Shown piece after piece: positions 13,402 to 25,521 of a stretch of DNA of 64,000 bases. Numbering within the stretch: position 1 is the stretch's first letter; each line of letters begins with the position of its first letter. The notes below the pieces were generated by a model. That model was not told the DNA's origin, did no database searches, and worked only from the letters and a program-made list of their open reading frames with translations. Location of the stretch: assembly GCF_964204645.1 (NCBI RefSeq), contig NC_134029.1, positions 15,494,950 to 15,558,949 on the forward strand. Reading direction: 5' to 3'. Position numbers and translations under genes: made by a program. The stretch comes from Tubulanus polymorphus (lineage: Eukaryota; Animalia; Nemertea).

Positions 13402-14575
13402 AGTAATTGGGAATGTGTTGGTTCAGGCCAAAGGTCGAGTGAGTAAAGAAATGAAAAATAAATTCGAGCGCGCGATCTTTTAACCTGAACCAACACATTC
13501 CCAATTACTCTAATAATTCCATATATATGAATAACATATAAATGAATATTATATTAAATGAAATCAATTTTAATAAAAAATTTGATATTAAAATGGAAGC
13601 AAATCAGAAGTACTACTTTTCAACATGTGTGGGTGCCGTACGGAACCGTCATCACTCATTTATTTTAGTTAATTTTTGTTCTGATTCATTTTCTGTTTCA
13701 CCGTTTGGGTGTCGTACGGCGCCATCTGTTTCGTTCTTACCTGATTTATATTCTATAGGTTTGATATTCGAAAATGTTATGACACCAGTAGAAATTAATG
13801 TCATAACCGATCCTAATTGGAATGAAGCATTACCAACCCATTTTTGTAATTCAGTCATAACTAAGTAGTCATTTTTCAAATCACTATATAATTTATTTTC
13901 ATCATCAATTGACATTAACCGGTTACATAATTTTGAATAACATTTGACAATACCATCTGAATTAGAATCATTTATTCGGGCTAATCTTGCCTCTTCATAA
14001 ATCTTTAAATATTTTATTACTTTATCTGGTTTCATAGCATCTAATTCTTGAAAAGTTATTTTTTCCCAAGAAATCTTTAGATTTCCCTCCGGCAATTAAT
14101 AATTCAAGATGATGCTTACAATATAAGTAGTATTCATAATCAATACTGTTATTAACTTGAGTACAATTAGTTACAACTGTATCTTTATTATCACTTATAC
14201 CCAAATCATCTAATGTTTTTTTCAATATTAATACTATTCTTATTAGATTTCTTTGACATTTATATAGGAGAAAAAGCAAGAAAAAAAAATATTATAAGTA
14301 CTATAAAATGATACCAGTATCTCTTTGGGTTAATACTAAATTGACTAGGTAGTATTCAGATTTGTCACCACAAGGGTGTTGTCCATCCTTTGAAGCGCGG
14401 AAGTGAACACATGATTCACAATATTGACGGAATGTCCTGTAAATACAGGGAAAAGATAATGTTAAATCATGATTAAAAAGGCCCGTAAAAAACAGAGAAC
14501 GAGAATTTAAAGCTGTTTTATAAAGAATGATACCTAGGAATAATGTCACGAACATAATTTTGTGAAGGTCTTACT
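13402..14575 (+). mobile_element. Deleted Polinton derivative D inserted into pPolB copy C
   Basis: Hairpin end AGTAATTGGG...CCCAATTACT (13402-13509), then the pPolB start, then a copy of the 33090-33780 region; ends TTACT; GCAGTT on both sides (13396-13401, 14576-14581). Confidence 0.65.
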
Positions 14576-14647
14576 GCAGTTAGGGAGCATCTCAAAATTT
14601 CGACACCGGTTCCTATACTAATAACTCGCGTATAGGGGTGGTCTGTC

Positions 14648-15246
14648 AGTAATAGGGGTAATGGGCTTTCAGATCAAAGGTCGAACGGTCGAGCTCATTA
14701 AAAAACAAAACATTAAAAGTAATTAAAAACCATAATATATTTTCATAACCGTGTGCATTTTATATTAAAAACTAAATATTTATTCTAAGATATCAATAAT
14801 TTTAAAAGCATATTGTATTAAATCAATTGGTCGCTCCACTTCGCTACCGCTCCGCTCCGCGACCAATTGATTTATTTACAATACACAAATTCATATAATC
14901 AAATATATTCAAATAATAATAATTATTCTATTATTCAACTGAAATACACACGGTTATGAAAATATATTATAGTTTTAAATTACTTTTAATATATGTTTTT
15001 AATGAACTCGACCATTCAACCTTTAACCCGAAAGCCCATTACCCCTATTACTCTTAAAATATTCATATAAATGAATAACATTTAAATCATTGAACTTCTA
15101 AAATCAATTTTAATAAAAAATTTAGTATTAAAATGGAAGCAAATAAGTACTACCGTCCAACATGCAATATCAATATAGATAAATCCCAAAAAGCAAGACA
15201 CAATAAAACTAAAACACATTTATAGAATAAATTGAAACTAGAATAT
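14648..15246. repeat. Left TIR of B (~599 bp); the first ~405 bp form an imperfect palindrome
   Basis: Inverse of 35890-36488 with roughly ten mismatches by eye; 14648-14756 pairs with 14946-15052; apex AATCAATTGGTCGC...GCGACCAATTGATT. Confidence 0.95.
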
Positions 15247-15719
15247 AAAGATGATATATTAGAAACTAAATTAGATGAATTAAAGAATGAAAAAGAAACA
15301 TACAAATGTGATACATGTAATCAATCATTCAGTGATAAAAGATATTATAATGAACATTTAAAATCTAAAAGTCATATTAGAAATAAGAATAATGATATTT
15401 TAGGTGATGATTATTTTGATAAAGATAATGATAAGAAACAGAAGACAATTAAAAGCATAGAAAATAAATTAAACAATAAAAGACCATACATGGAAGATGT
15501 AAGAAAATATATTAATTCATTAGATAATAAAAAAGATATAGAGATAACCGAAGCATTTAAAAGTGATATTGGCCCAGCAGCTATCGAGTTTAAATTTCAT
15601 AAAGGAAAAACATTAGAAGAAAATAAAAAACATTTAGAAAATATGAAAGAAATAATAAAAATAAATATAGCTGCAAAGCAGCGATAACGGGTTTTCTGCA
15701 CAGTCTTAGAATCCTGTTC

Positions 15720-15960
15720 AACGGTGGATTTCAACAAAGCATTTGATAAGGCTCAACATCAGCCATTACTAAACAGGCTATTAGGAAACAGTATCAATGA
15801 TAGGTCGCCCAAATGGCTCAGCAGTTATCTCTGAACGGAAACTTGTAACCGAAATCAACGGAACGCCTCATCTTGAAATGAGACGGTCTAACTAGTGGAG
15901 TCACGCAAGGTAGTATCCTAAGCCGTCTTCTGTTTAATCTCCTGACAAATGACATACACA
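15720..15960 (+). pseudogene. LINE RT fragment inside the HINE
   Basis: DFNKAFDK..H..LL and SGVTQGSILS.LLFNL motifs. Confidence 0.7.
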
Positions 15961-16042
15961 GTAATCCAAAATATACCAGACCGAGTAAATTTCCAAAACG
16001 ACCTTAACACACTGTTCGACCAAAAAACTTAATGTTCCGACA

Positions 16043-17975
16043 AAACCACGGGCGACAAAACCAAAATTATGAATTGTCGCGGGTGACAAAACCAAAATAT
16101 TGAATTGTCACGGGTGACAAAACAAAAATAATGAATTGTCGCGGGCGATAAAACCAAAATAATTAATTGTCGCGGGCGATAAAACCACAATAATGAATTG
16201 TCGCGGGCGTTAAAACCAAAATATTGAATCGTCGCGGGCGATAAAACCAAAATAATGAATTGTCGCGGACGGCAAAAACAAAATAATGAATTGTTGCGTG
16301 CGACAAAACCAAAATGATGAATTGTCGCGGGCGACAAAACCAAACTAGGGGTCCAGGGACACCATGCTCACTTGGGAAGTGGTTTCAAATGCTCAACTAT
16401 CTAACAATTTAAATACATAACGCCCTCTAGTGAGCATATACAAAAACCAATGACCTTGAAACCCACCACAATCATAGAACATGTGAGCAGCTATGATTTT
16501 GTAATTGATTGTGATAACAAAATATGCCTCGTTACCAATTTAATATGGAAATACTAAGTTATTCTACTATTCAACGCCCTCTGGTGACCATATGCAAAAC
16601 CCAATGACCTTAAAACTCACCACAATCGTAGTACATGGCATGAACTACATCTTAACAATGGATCATGGTAACAAACTATGCCTAGGTACCAATCTAATAA
16701 GGAAAAACTAAGCTTTTCTACTATTCAATGCCCCCTGGTGACGATATGGAATAACTAATGTCCTTAAAAACTCACCACAATCATAGACGATGTCATGAAC
16801 TACAACTTTGCAATTGATCATGGTAACAAAATATGCCTTGGTACAAATATAATATAGCGATACTAAGTTATTGTATTATTCAACGCCCCCTGATGGCCAC
16901 ATACAAAAACCAATGACCTTGAAACTCACCAAAATCATAGAACACGTTATGGGCTACAACTTTCCAATTGAATATAGTAACACAATATGCTTAGGTATCA
17001 ATTTAATGTGGAAAAACTTTTTCCCACCTACGAATGAGTACTGATGACACCAAGATGGCCGCCAATTGCGTCATAATTGTCTGATCAAAATACCTGTCCC
17101 AGGTATAAAACATCCCTCTCTAAAGAATACCCATCAGCAATTGCAATGAGAAATGGCAAACCAGTAGGAAGCTACAGGACCTAGAATTCTGGCCAAAATT
17201 GACATTTTTGGGCACTAAAAAGGTCATAGGACGGCCATCTTGAGTCAGATCGACCCAGATGGGCCTTTGGTAAATTCAAATATAAACGAAAGATCAAGGT
17301 ATTTGATCAAAGCGTCTTCAAAATTTCCCTCGAAAACTTCTAAAATGTGTAAAAAGTGCTGATTATGGCAAACAACAATGGCTGCCAGTCGACCATCTTG
17401 AATCTGACAGGGCCAGTTTTTGGGCTGACGATGTGTCTAGGGTAGATACATGTATAAACCAAATATCAAGACATTACCTTGAAGCGTCTTCAAAACTTCC
17501 CGAAATAACTGGATTCCGTCTATGGACGGACGGACGGACGAAAAGTGAACGCAATAGCCCGCTGGGACTAAAGTCCCAAGTGGACTGAAAAAGAATTGTC
17601 GCGGGCGACAAAACCAAACTAATGAATTATCGCGGGTGATAAAACGAAAATATTGAATTGTCACGGGCGACAAAACCAAACTAATGAATTGTCGGGGGCG
17701 ATAAAACCAAACTATGAATTGTCGCGGGCGATAAAACCAAAATAATGAATTGTCGCGTGCGACAAAACCAAACTAATGAATTGTCGGGGGCGATAAAACC
17801 AAACTATGAATTGTCGCGGGCGATAAAACCAAAATAATGAATTGTCGCGTGCGACAAAACCAAAATAATGAATTGTCGCGGGCGATAAAACCAAAATAAT
17901 GAATTGTCGCGGGCGATAAAATCAAAATAATGAGTTGTCGCGGGCGATAAAACCGAAATAATGTTTTGTCGCGTT
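16043..17975. repeat. ~31-bp minisatellite (AAAACCAAAATAATGAATTGTCGCGGGCGAT)n, split by a nested HINE
   Basis: Head-to-tail arrays at 16043-16343 and 17593-17975. Confidence 0.92.
16344..17590 (+). mobile_element. DINE-1/Pearl-like HINE with ~153-bp core tandem repeats
   Basis: Subterminal inverted repeat CACTTGGGA (16369) / TCCCAAGTG (17574); four ~151-155-bp repeats 16420-17030; (GGAC)n at 17523; 3' hairpin TGGGACT-AA-AGTCCCA. Confidence 0.8.
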
Positions 17976-20900
17976 ATTTTAGTTTTGTGGTTTTGTCATA
18001 ATGTCGCCCTCATTTGCATATACGTGTTTTTTTTTACGCATGGCCCTTATCAGCCACCATACTAAAGCCTTAAGGTCGCGTAAAACTCGATAAACACTTC
18101 AAGCGACACAGCGAACGATCTCCTTTCCCCTACAGCGAACGCTTAACCTAGTAGAGGCTACTAGCCTATGTAGGCCTATGTATATGCGTAGGCCTAACAT
18201 CCGGACAGATTGGTCGTAGGCCTATTGAATTTAACAACCCACCTTAATATCGTAAATTTTGTTTTGAAGTTCAATCCAATGAGTCCGTTAATAAACGCAA
18301 CAATTGTACTGCGTTTGTTTGATACAGTAAAGCTCAGTACCGGTAGGCCTAAAGCCGCGTCAAACTCGAGAAACACTTCAAGCGACACAGCGAACGATCC
18401 CTTTCCCCCACAGCGAACGCTTACTCCGAATGTCAAGTGAGTCCAGCATACGGATAGGAGTGTGTTATATACTTGTATTTAGTAAATAACTTGTGCATTT
18501 GACAATGATCGGTATGTACTGTAGGAAATATAGAGTATTGATGGTATTGATATAGAGGTTGAAGCCCGCGGCCGAATAAAGTAATATATTCTTTTATTTT
18601 GATACCTCGTCGACATAACAGCTTTTCTCCGCTATATCTCTTCGGCGTGTTTAGTTTAGGCCTACGATTCCCCGGTACACTAAAGATTTATCTTAGTAAA
18701 TACACGGTTAATTCGGTGAAGAAAAATAGGTATTGTTAAACTAACTCCTTGAAACCCGCAGCCAAATCACTAGTAGTAATAAATTAATTTGTACTCGATT
18801 TGATTCTCATGATGAGGAGAAACTCGCAGCTGATCCCCGGAACGACGATGTAGTAACACACGTCGATTCGTCGATGTTTACGGCTCGACAGAGCTTTTAA
18901 AATCTAAAGTAGTAAATTTCCAGTGTATCGGTAATATGATTTGATGAGGAAAATGGGCTATTGTTAAAATCACTGTTTGAAGACCGCGACTGAATTTGAA
19001 GTCTTTCGGCAATAAATTAGTTCATTTATACTTGAATTGATAATCGAAGTGACAGTCGGCCTGCGGGTTGATTTCGGGATGACGACTCGAAAAACATGTC
19101 GCCCCATTGAATGGGGCTAAATTTTCGATGTTTACGGCCCGACAGCCCTTTTGTAACGATGATTCGTGAAAAAACACGCGGGCTATTTGTAGATCTCAGT
19201 GAGCTGAACGATATTATATGGATTGTATATGAAACAGTGGTAAGGTAACAAAGCCTATGTTCTTTTGGTAAAAATAGTGTGGAAGAAAATAATAATAATA
19301 ATAATCACGCGGATATCAATAGGGTTTTCTGTGAAATAACAGAAAACCCTAATAACTGATGTTGAATATCCTAAAATAAGTATATCTTCTAAAGTTAAAT
19401 TCATAAAATCTGAAGATAAACCAATATATAATATAAATTCTCATTCACAACATATTATATCTAAACAACATATAGATGATAAATTAGATAAATGTTATAA
19501 TGAAGTAAAAACTAAAATAGAAGAGAAATATTTTGAAGGATCTGGTTTAATATTTGATGAGATAATATTTATGACTTAACATGTTTATAACACAAAATAT
19601 AATAAGTTAACTAAATCAAAACCAATTGATGAAAATAATTTATCATATTATAAAGATGATAGTATAAATGGAACAAGTTATATTAAACTACCATTTAAAA
19701 CTAATGCTGTAATAAATGTACAAAATTTTGATGATAAATGTTTTCTATGGGCTATAATAAGTTGTTTACATCCTGCAACTTATAATATTTGTAGATTAAC
19801 TCATTATAAACCATTTGAAAATAATTATAAGATAGATAAGTATCCTGTTAGAATTGAAAACATCCCAAAAATAGAAAGAGATAATAATTTAAGAATAAAT
19901 CTATTTGATTTAATCAAATTACCAAATACAAAAGGTAACAATATAAGACATTATACATTAGAACCTTTATATTTATCAAAAGATTATGATTCAAATGATG
20001 TTATAGATATATTATATTATGAAAACCATTATATGTGGATTAAACAAATCGATTTATTTTTTAAATCAGAAAATGATCACCATAAAATATATCTTTGTAG
20101 AAAATGTTTACATAGATTCAGTAATGAAAGTACATTATTAAATAATAAACAATTATGTGAAAATCATGATTATTGTAAATTAGTTTTACCAAATGAAAAG
20201 GATAAAATATTAGAATTCAAAAAATATGATTACAAAAATAAAGTACCATTTGTTATATATGGAGATTTTGAATCATTAAATAAAGAATTAACTGATCAAG
20301 ATAGAAAAGAAATATATTATAAAAGAAAGAAATTAAATTCTAATGAAAATGATTTTTCAGATGAACCACCAAAAACAAATACTATTAAAAAGATTCATCA
20401 ATCAGCTGCTGCTTTCGGGTTATATATTCAATCTGATTATCCAGAACTAATTAAAAGTGAATATTATCATTATAGAAATGAAAATGTTATCCATCATTTT
20501 TGTGACTTATTAATTGAATATGAAATAAGATTTAGTAAATTATTGAATACAAATATAGAAATTATAATGACAGAAGAAGATAAAGAAGAATTTGCGTTTG
20601 CAGGTAAATGTTATTATTGTGAAAAGATATTTAATAATAAAGATAAAAAAGTAAGAGACCATGATCATTTGAATGGAAAGTTTAGAGGCGCTGCACATGA
20701 GAATTGTAACTTACAAGCTAAGAAAATTAACTTTGTGCCAGTTATATTTCATAATCTATCAGGATATGATGCACATTTATTCATCAAACAGTTATGCCAT
20801 AAAATAGAAGAAATCAATAATGAAATAGAAATATTAAATTCAAATAGATCAAAAGATAAAATACCAACTTATAAATTTAGAATGTTAGCTAAAACATCTG

Positions 20901-22889
20901 AGAATTATATATCATTCCAATTTGGTTGCCTAAGATTTATAGATTCATATAGATTTTTAAATAGTTCATTAGATAACTTATCAAAATCATTAGTTGATGA
21001 TGAATTAAAAATATTAAAGCAACACTACCCAAATAATGATGATTTTCAATTAATGAGATATAAAGGAGCAATTCCATATTCTTTCTATAAAAATCATAAT
21101 GATTTTAACATAACTGAATTATTGAAAGAACAATTCTATGATGAATTAAAAAATGAATATGTTAAAGATGAAGTATATAATAGAACATTGAATATTTGGA
21201 ATCATTTCAAAATAGAAAATCATGGGCAATTAGTAGATTTATATTTAAAATCAGATGTATTATTATTAACCGATATATTCGAAAGGTTTAGAGATGTAAA
21301 CCTAAAATATTTCAATATTGATCCTTGTCATTTTTATTCATCACCAGGATTAACATGGGATTGTGGATTAAAATTTACAAATATAAAAATGGATTTGTTA
21401 ACAAATATAGATCAATTACTATTATTTGAAAAATCTATAAGAGGAGGTGTATCAGGTGTATTAGGTGATAGATATTTCAATGTAAATGATAATCCTGGAT
21501 ATAAGTTATTATATATAGATGCAAATAATTTGGGCAATGATGGAACCACAACCTTATGGAGTATTTGAATTAACTGAAGTTTTACAGAATGAAAATAATG
21601 ATAAATTTGATTGGAAGAAAAGAATTCTAGATATTGCAGATGATTCAGATACTGGTTACTTCTTTGTTGTAGATTTAGAATATCCTGAACATATTAAATT
21701 TAAATCTAGAAATCTAGCATACTGTCCAGAACATAAAACTGTAACTCATGAAGAATTATCAAATTATCAAAAAAGAATTAAACCCGAAAATCATATTCAT
21801 ACAGAAAAGTTAATGGTAACTCAAGAAGATAAATATAATTATGTAGTACATTATAGAATGTTAAAGTTTTATTTGAATCAAGGAATGATTCTAAAAAAGT
21901 ACATAGATATATTTCATTTAGTCAATCTAAGTGGTTAGAAAAATATATAGATTTTAACACCAAACAGAGAACTAAAGCTAAAACTGATTTCGAGAAAGAT
22001 TTCTTCAAGTTAATGAATAATGCATTCTATGGTAAGACTTGGTGAAACTATGACTATGGTGAAAATATTAGAAATAGAAATGATATTGAGTTAGTTAGTA
22101 ATGGTAAAAGAATTAGACATTTACAATCATATCCTAAGTTCATTGGTAACAGAATATCTGATGAAAATTTAGCCGCAGTTAACATGAGAAGAACATCAAT
22201 GAAATTTAATAAACCAATCTATGTTGGCGCTTCAGTTTTAGAATTATCAAAATTACTAATGTATGAATTCTATTATAATGTATTACAACCACTTTTTGGA
22301 GAAAAACATATAGAAATATTATATTTTGATACAGATTCTTACATATTAAAGATAAAAACTGGTAACATAACTGATGATTTAAAAACATTAAAACATCATT
22401 TTGATTTTAGTAACTATCCTAAAAATCATGAATTGTTTAGCAATGATAATAAAAAAGTTCCCGGTAAATTCAAAGATGAATTAGGTGGCGAAGAAATGAT
22501 AGAGTTCATAGGTATTAGATCTGTATGTATTCATATAAAACTAAAACTCATGAAGCTAAAAATTTAAAAGGAATAACCAAAAGTGTAGTAGAAAAGAATA
22601 TTCATTTCAAAGATTACATCAATTGTTTATTCAATGAAGAAGTTAGAAAACATAAGATGAGATGTTTAAGATCTGAAGATCATGAAATGTTTATTGAAGA
22701 AATTGAGAAGATAAGTCTAAACCCATTTGATGATAAAAGATATATTTTAGATGATGGAATTCATACAGTTGCTTATGGTTGTAATTTAGATGAATACTTA
22801 AAATTTAAAAGAGAAGAAACAAAAGAGAACGAGATAATGAAAAGAATTCTAACGTGTTAATCAAATTTTAATAAAAATATGTTATTAAA

Positions 22890-23243
22890 ATGGAGAGTAA
22901 ACAAGCACACAGTGAGAACAACAAATTATTTCTAGATAGAATTAAAGATACTACAAATGTAAAATCTGTAGATTATAAATTCAAAATGTTAACAGAATTA
23001 ACAATCCATAAAAAATATCTAATTACAAATATTGTTACAGTTACTAACAAATATGGAGATAAATTAGTTATACACTTAGAATATGAAGGATTAAAAGGAA
23101 ATACATATAAATTCAGAACATATTTACCGGATAGATTTCATAGATTATCAAGTGAAGATTTAGAAGAATTATGTTCTGGTGATTTCTATTTCGTATACAA
23201 AGGTAACAATGAAAAAGGGCACCATGAAATAGATTTCGAATGA
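22890..23243 (+). CDS. 117-aa protein downstream of pPolB, possibly OB-fold ssDNA-binding
   Basis: Intact ORF, homolog in copy F (49963-50296); NKYG..LV.HL...F.TYLP.RF pattern; function is inference. Confidence 0.6.
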   Translation: MESKQAHSENNKLFLDRIKDTTNVKSVDYKFKMLTELTIHKKYLITNIVTVTNKYGDKLVIHLEYEGLKGNTYKFRTYLPDRFHRLSSEDLEELCSGDFYFVYKGNNEKGHHEIDFE

Positions 23244-23260
23244 GAAAATATGTAAAATAA

Positions 23261-24004
23261 ATGGTAGAATTAAAAGAATACAGAATATTTGTAGATTCCA
23301 GAAAACTTACAAATTATGAATCACATAATTTATTAGTACAATTAGATAGAGAATTCAAAAATTGTGTTGATTAAAAATTAGTTAATATAAGTTTATGTAA
23401 TTCTTTTCATAATATATCGAATAAAAGTCTTGATCATTTAGCTTTTAAGATTTATGATAGAAATTTGAATAAATGGTTTCATCTTTATCTAAAACCAAAA
23501 TTATATAATTTAGAAACATTAGCGCAAGAAATTAATAAAAGAGCTCGTTTAAAAATGGGCTCAGCTGCTCGATTTGAAATTAAATTTATCAAAAGTGATA
23601 GTTCGAATAAAATAAGAATAAAGTTAACTAATGAACAACATAGATTTCTAGTAAGAAAACCTTTAGCTAAACTATTTGGAATTCTTCCGGATAGACATTA
23701 TTCAAATACAAATATAATACCTTTTACACACTTTTATATTTATTGCAATTTAATCGAGACTACAAAAACTTTCGAAGCAACTAAAGATACAATTTGTAAT
23801 TCTAGTATATTAAATATTTTACCGCTGAAAAATGTTAAACAATTTGGAACGCAAATAAATTATAATTTAGCTGAATGTGATTTCAAACCTTGTATTCCAC
23901 ATTTTAATAATTTTAAATTAGAAATAAGAAATCATAATGGTTATTTAATTGATTTGAATAACTTTCCTGTAATTTATGAATTAGTTATAAGATGTAAAGA
24001 GTAA
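23261..24004 (+). pseudogene. Minor capsid (penton) protein, one premature stop near 23372
   Basis: MVELKEYRIFVDSR...L.REF...ISL.NSF.NI; FYIYCNLI; F.LEIRNHNG.LIDLNNFPVIYEL pattern of Polinton single jelly-roll proteins. Confidence 0.8.
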
Positions 24005-24020
24005 TTTTTCACCTATATAA

Positions 24021-24371
24021 ATGAATATAACTGTTGGACCGAGTATATGTTTTGAGTTTGATTTTAAACGTGAGAAAGAAATGAAATTTAACATTAATGA
24101 TGTAATTACACATATCAAAAATATTGCATTTTCTAATGAAACAACATTTGAGTATGAAACAAAAATAGATAAAGAAACTTTAAATGTAGAAAAGATTACT
24201 AATTTAATTAGAGAATCTTTAAGATTTTATGAATTAGATGAAGATTTTATCATCGATGATATTAAAAAAATAATAATTGAAATATATACAAATGAAACTA
24301 GTAATGAAATAAATGTTGAATTAATCATAAATAAGATAACTAAATATTTTGATGATAGTAATTTTTTTTAA
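24021..24371 (+). CDS. Hypothetical 116-aa protein
   Basis: TAAATG start; homologous remnants in copies E and F. Confidence 0.7.
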   Translation: MNITVGPSICFEFDFKREKEMKFNINDVITHIKNIAFSNETTFEYETKIDKETLNVEKITNLIRESLRFYELDEDFIIDDIKKIIIEIYTNETSNEINVELIINKITKYFDDSNFF

Positions 24372-24375
24372 ATAA

Positions 24376-24597
24376 ATGAGTGATAATAAGTGGATAATAA
24401 CTGGATTATATAATGGCGCATTACTATCAGTTGGAACTGTTGGTTATTCAATGGTATTAAAAAAAGTATTCAAAATGGGAAGTGTTAATGTTGATAGATT
24501 TGATATAAATGATATTTTAAAATTAACGTTAGCAGTTACTTTATCTAATTTAACTATTGATTATTTGGAAAAACAAAAATATATTCCTCCCATATAA
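24376..24597 (+). CDS. 73-aa hydrophobic protein
   Basis: TAAATG start; two hydrophobic segments; nearly identical in copy F. Confidence 0.75.
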   Translation: MSDNKWIITGLYNGALLSVGTVGYSMVLKKVFKMGSVNVDRFDINDILKLTLAVTLSNLTIDYLEKQKYIPPI

Positions 24598-24621
24598 ATG
24601 CGTAATTATTTTACTAAATAA

Positions 24622-25049
24622 ATGGCTTCTGCAATTATAACTATTATAGGATCGGCAATTGTTAACGCTTTAGCATTTACTGGTGGTGGATATTTATTTA
24701 AACATATTGATAAAAATATTTCATTAGGAGAACAAAGAAGACATAACTTAGCATTAGAGAAATATAATAGAGCTGCAGAAGAATATAGAGAAATGGGACA
24801 AAACTATATGGATTACATCAATAAAGAATTATATGATCAGAAGATTTCACATAGAGATTTTCTTTTCAATCAGTCGATGATGCAATGAATTTATATAACG
24901 CGGTAACCAATAAAGAAAAATTACATCTATACAAACCTAAATTATCAGATTTTTATACCCCAAGTAAAGAACAACAGAAATATGAAATAATTTGGATTTT
25001 AGGCGGAACTGTTATTGTTATATTTGTTGCTTATAAGTTTACTAATTAG
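24622..25049 (+). pseudogene. ~140-aa protein with N- and C-terminal hydrophobic segments and a central coiled coil; frameshift near 24860
   Basis: MASAIITIIGSAIVNALAFTGGGYLF...RHNLALEKY; intact homolog at 48147-48569. Confidence 0.78.
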
Positions 25050-25070
25050 TAATTTTTTTTTGCTAAATAA

Positions 25071-25505
25071 ATGGAAGATAAAATTGATAGTATTGATATT
25101 ATTCCTCATGATATAAATAAAACTATATTAAAAACATATTTAGAAAAACAAATATTAGAATTTGAAAGTGACTTAAAGATAAAAAAGAAAAAATATTTAA
25201 AAAGTAAAATTATATATTATTTGATTATAAGTGGTTCGGTTACAATTAGTTCTGTAATAACATTTCTAGCAATATTCAGTCCATTAACACCTTTAGCTAT
25301 ATCAATTGGTGTATTAGGATTAAGTTCAAGTGTTTTAACCGGTATAAGTTCAAAATTAAATATAAAAAGTAATAAAGAAAAAATTAAAACTAATATAAAA
25401 GAAATTAATAAATTAAAGAATACACTTGATTATATAATCAGTTTAAATGGTCATATAACAGTTGAAGAAGAAGATAAATTATTATAAGAATTAATAAATT
25501 ATTAA
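25071..25505 (+). CDS. Two-transmembrane protein (premature stop at 25487)
   Basis: IIYYLIISGSVTISSVITFLAIFSP and LAISIGVLGLSSSVLTGI; homologs in E and F end ...KELINY. Confidence 0.75.
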
Positions 25506-25521
25506 TTTCTTTATTAAATAA

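Larger units (their letters stand above)
15663..19351 (+). mobile_element. Helentron-type non-autonomous element (HINE) with composite cargo, interrupting pPolB
   Basis: 5' AAATATAGCTGCAAAGCAGCGATAACGGGTTTTCTG; 3' (AAT)n plus hairpin TAGGGTTTTCTGT-N6-ACAGAAAACCCTA; A-rich site without clear TSD; pPolB homology resumes at ITDVEYPK as in copy C. Confidence 0.75.
15133..22860 (+). pseudogene. polB: Protein-primed family B DNA polymerase (pPolB), split by the 15663-19351 insertion and frameshifted
   Basis: N-terminal zinc fingers; INVQNFDDKCFLWAI; YGDFES (ExoI); CYYC...RDHDHLNGKFRGAAH..CN (EndoVII-like insert); FHNLSGYD; YIDANNL; KLMNNAFYGK; YFDTDS; KGIT; DDKRY. Confidence 0.93.

Noticed and set aside
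16043-17975. CRISPR-like array of ~31-bp repeats
   Set aside because: Units are head-to-tail with no unique spacers, there are no cas genes, and the context is eukaryotic; it is a minisatellite. ORFs 16029-16343 and 17712-17894 are translations of it
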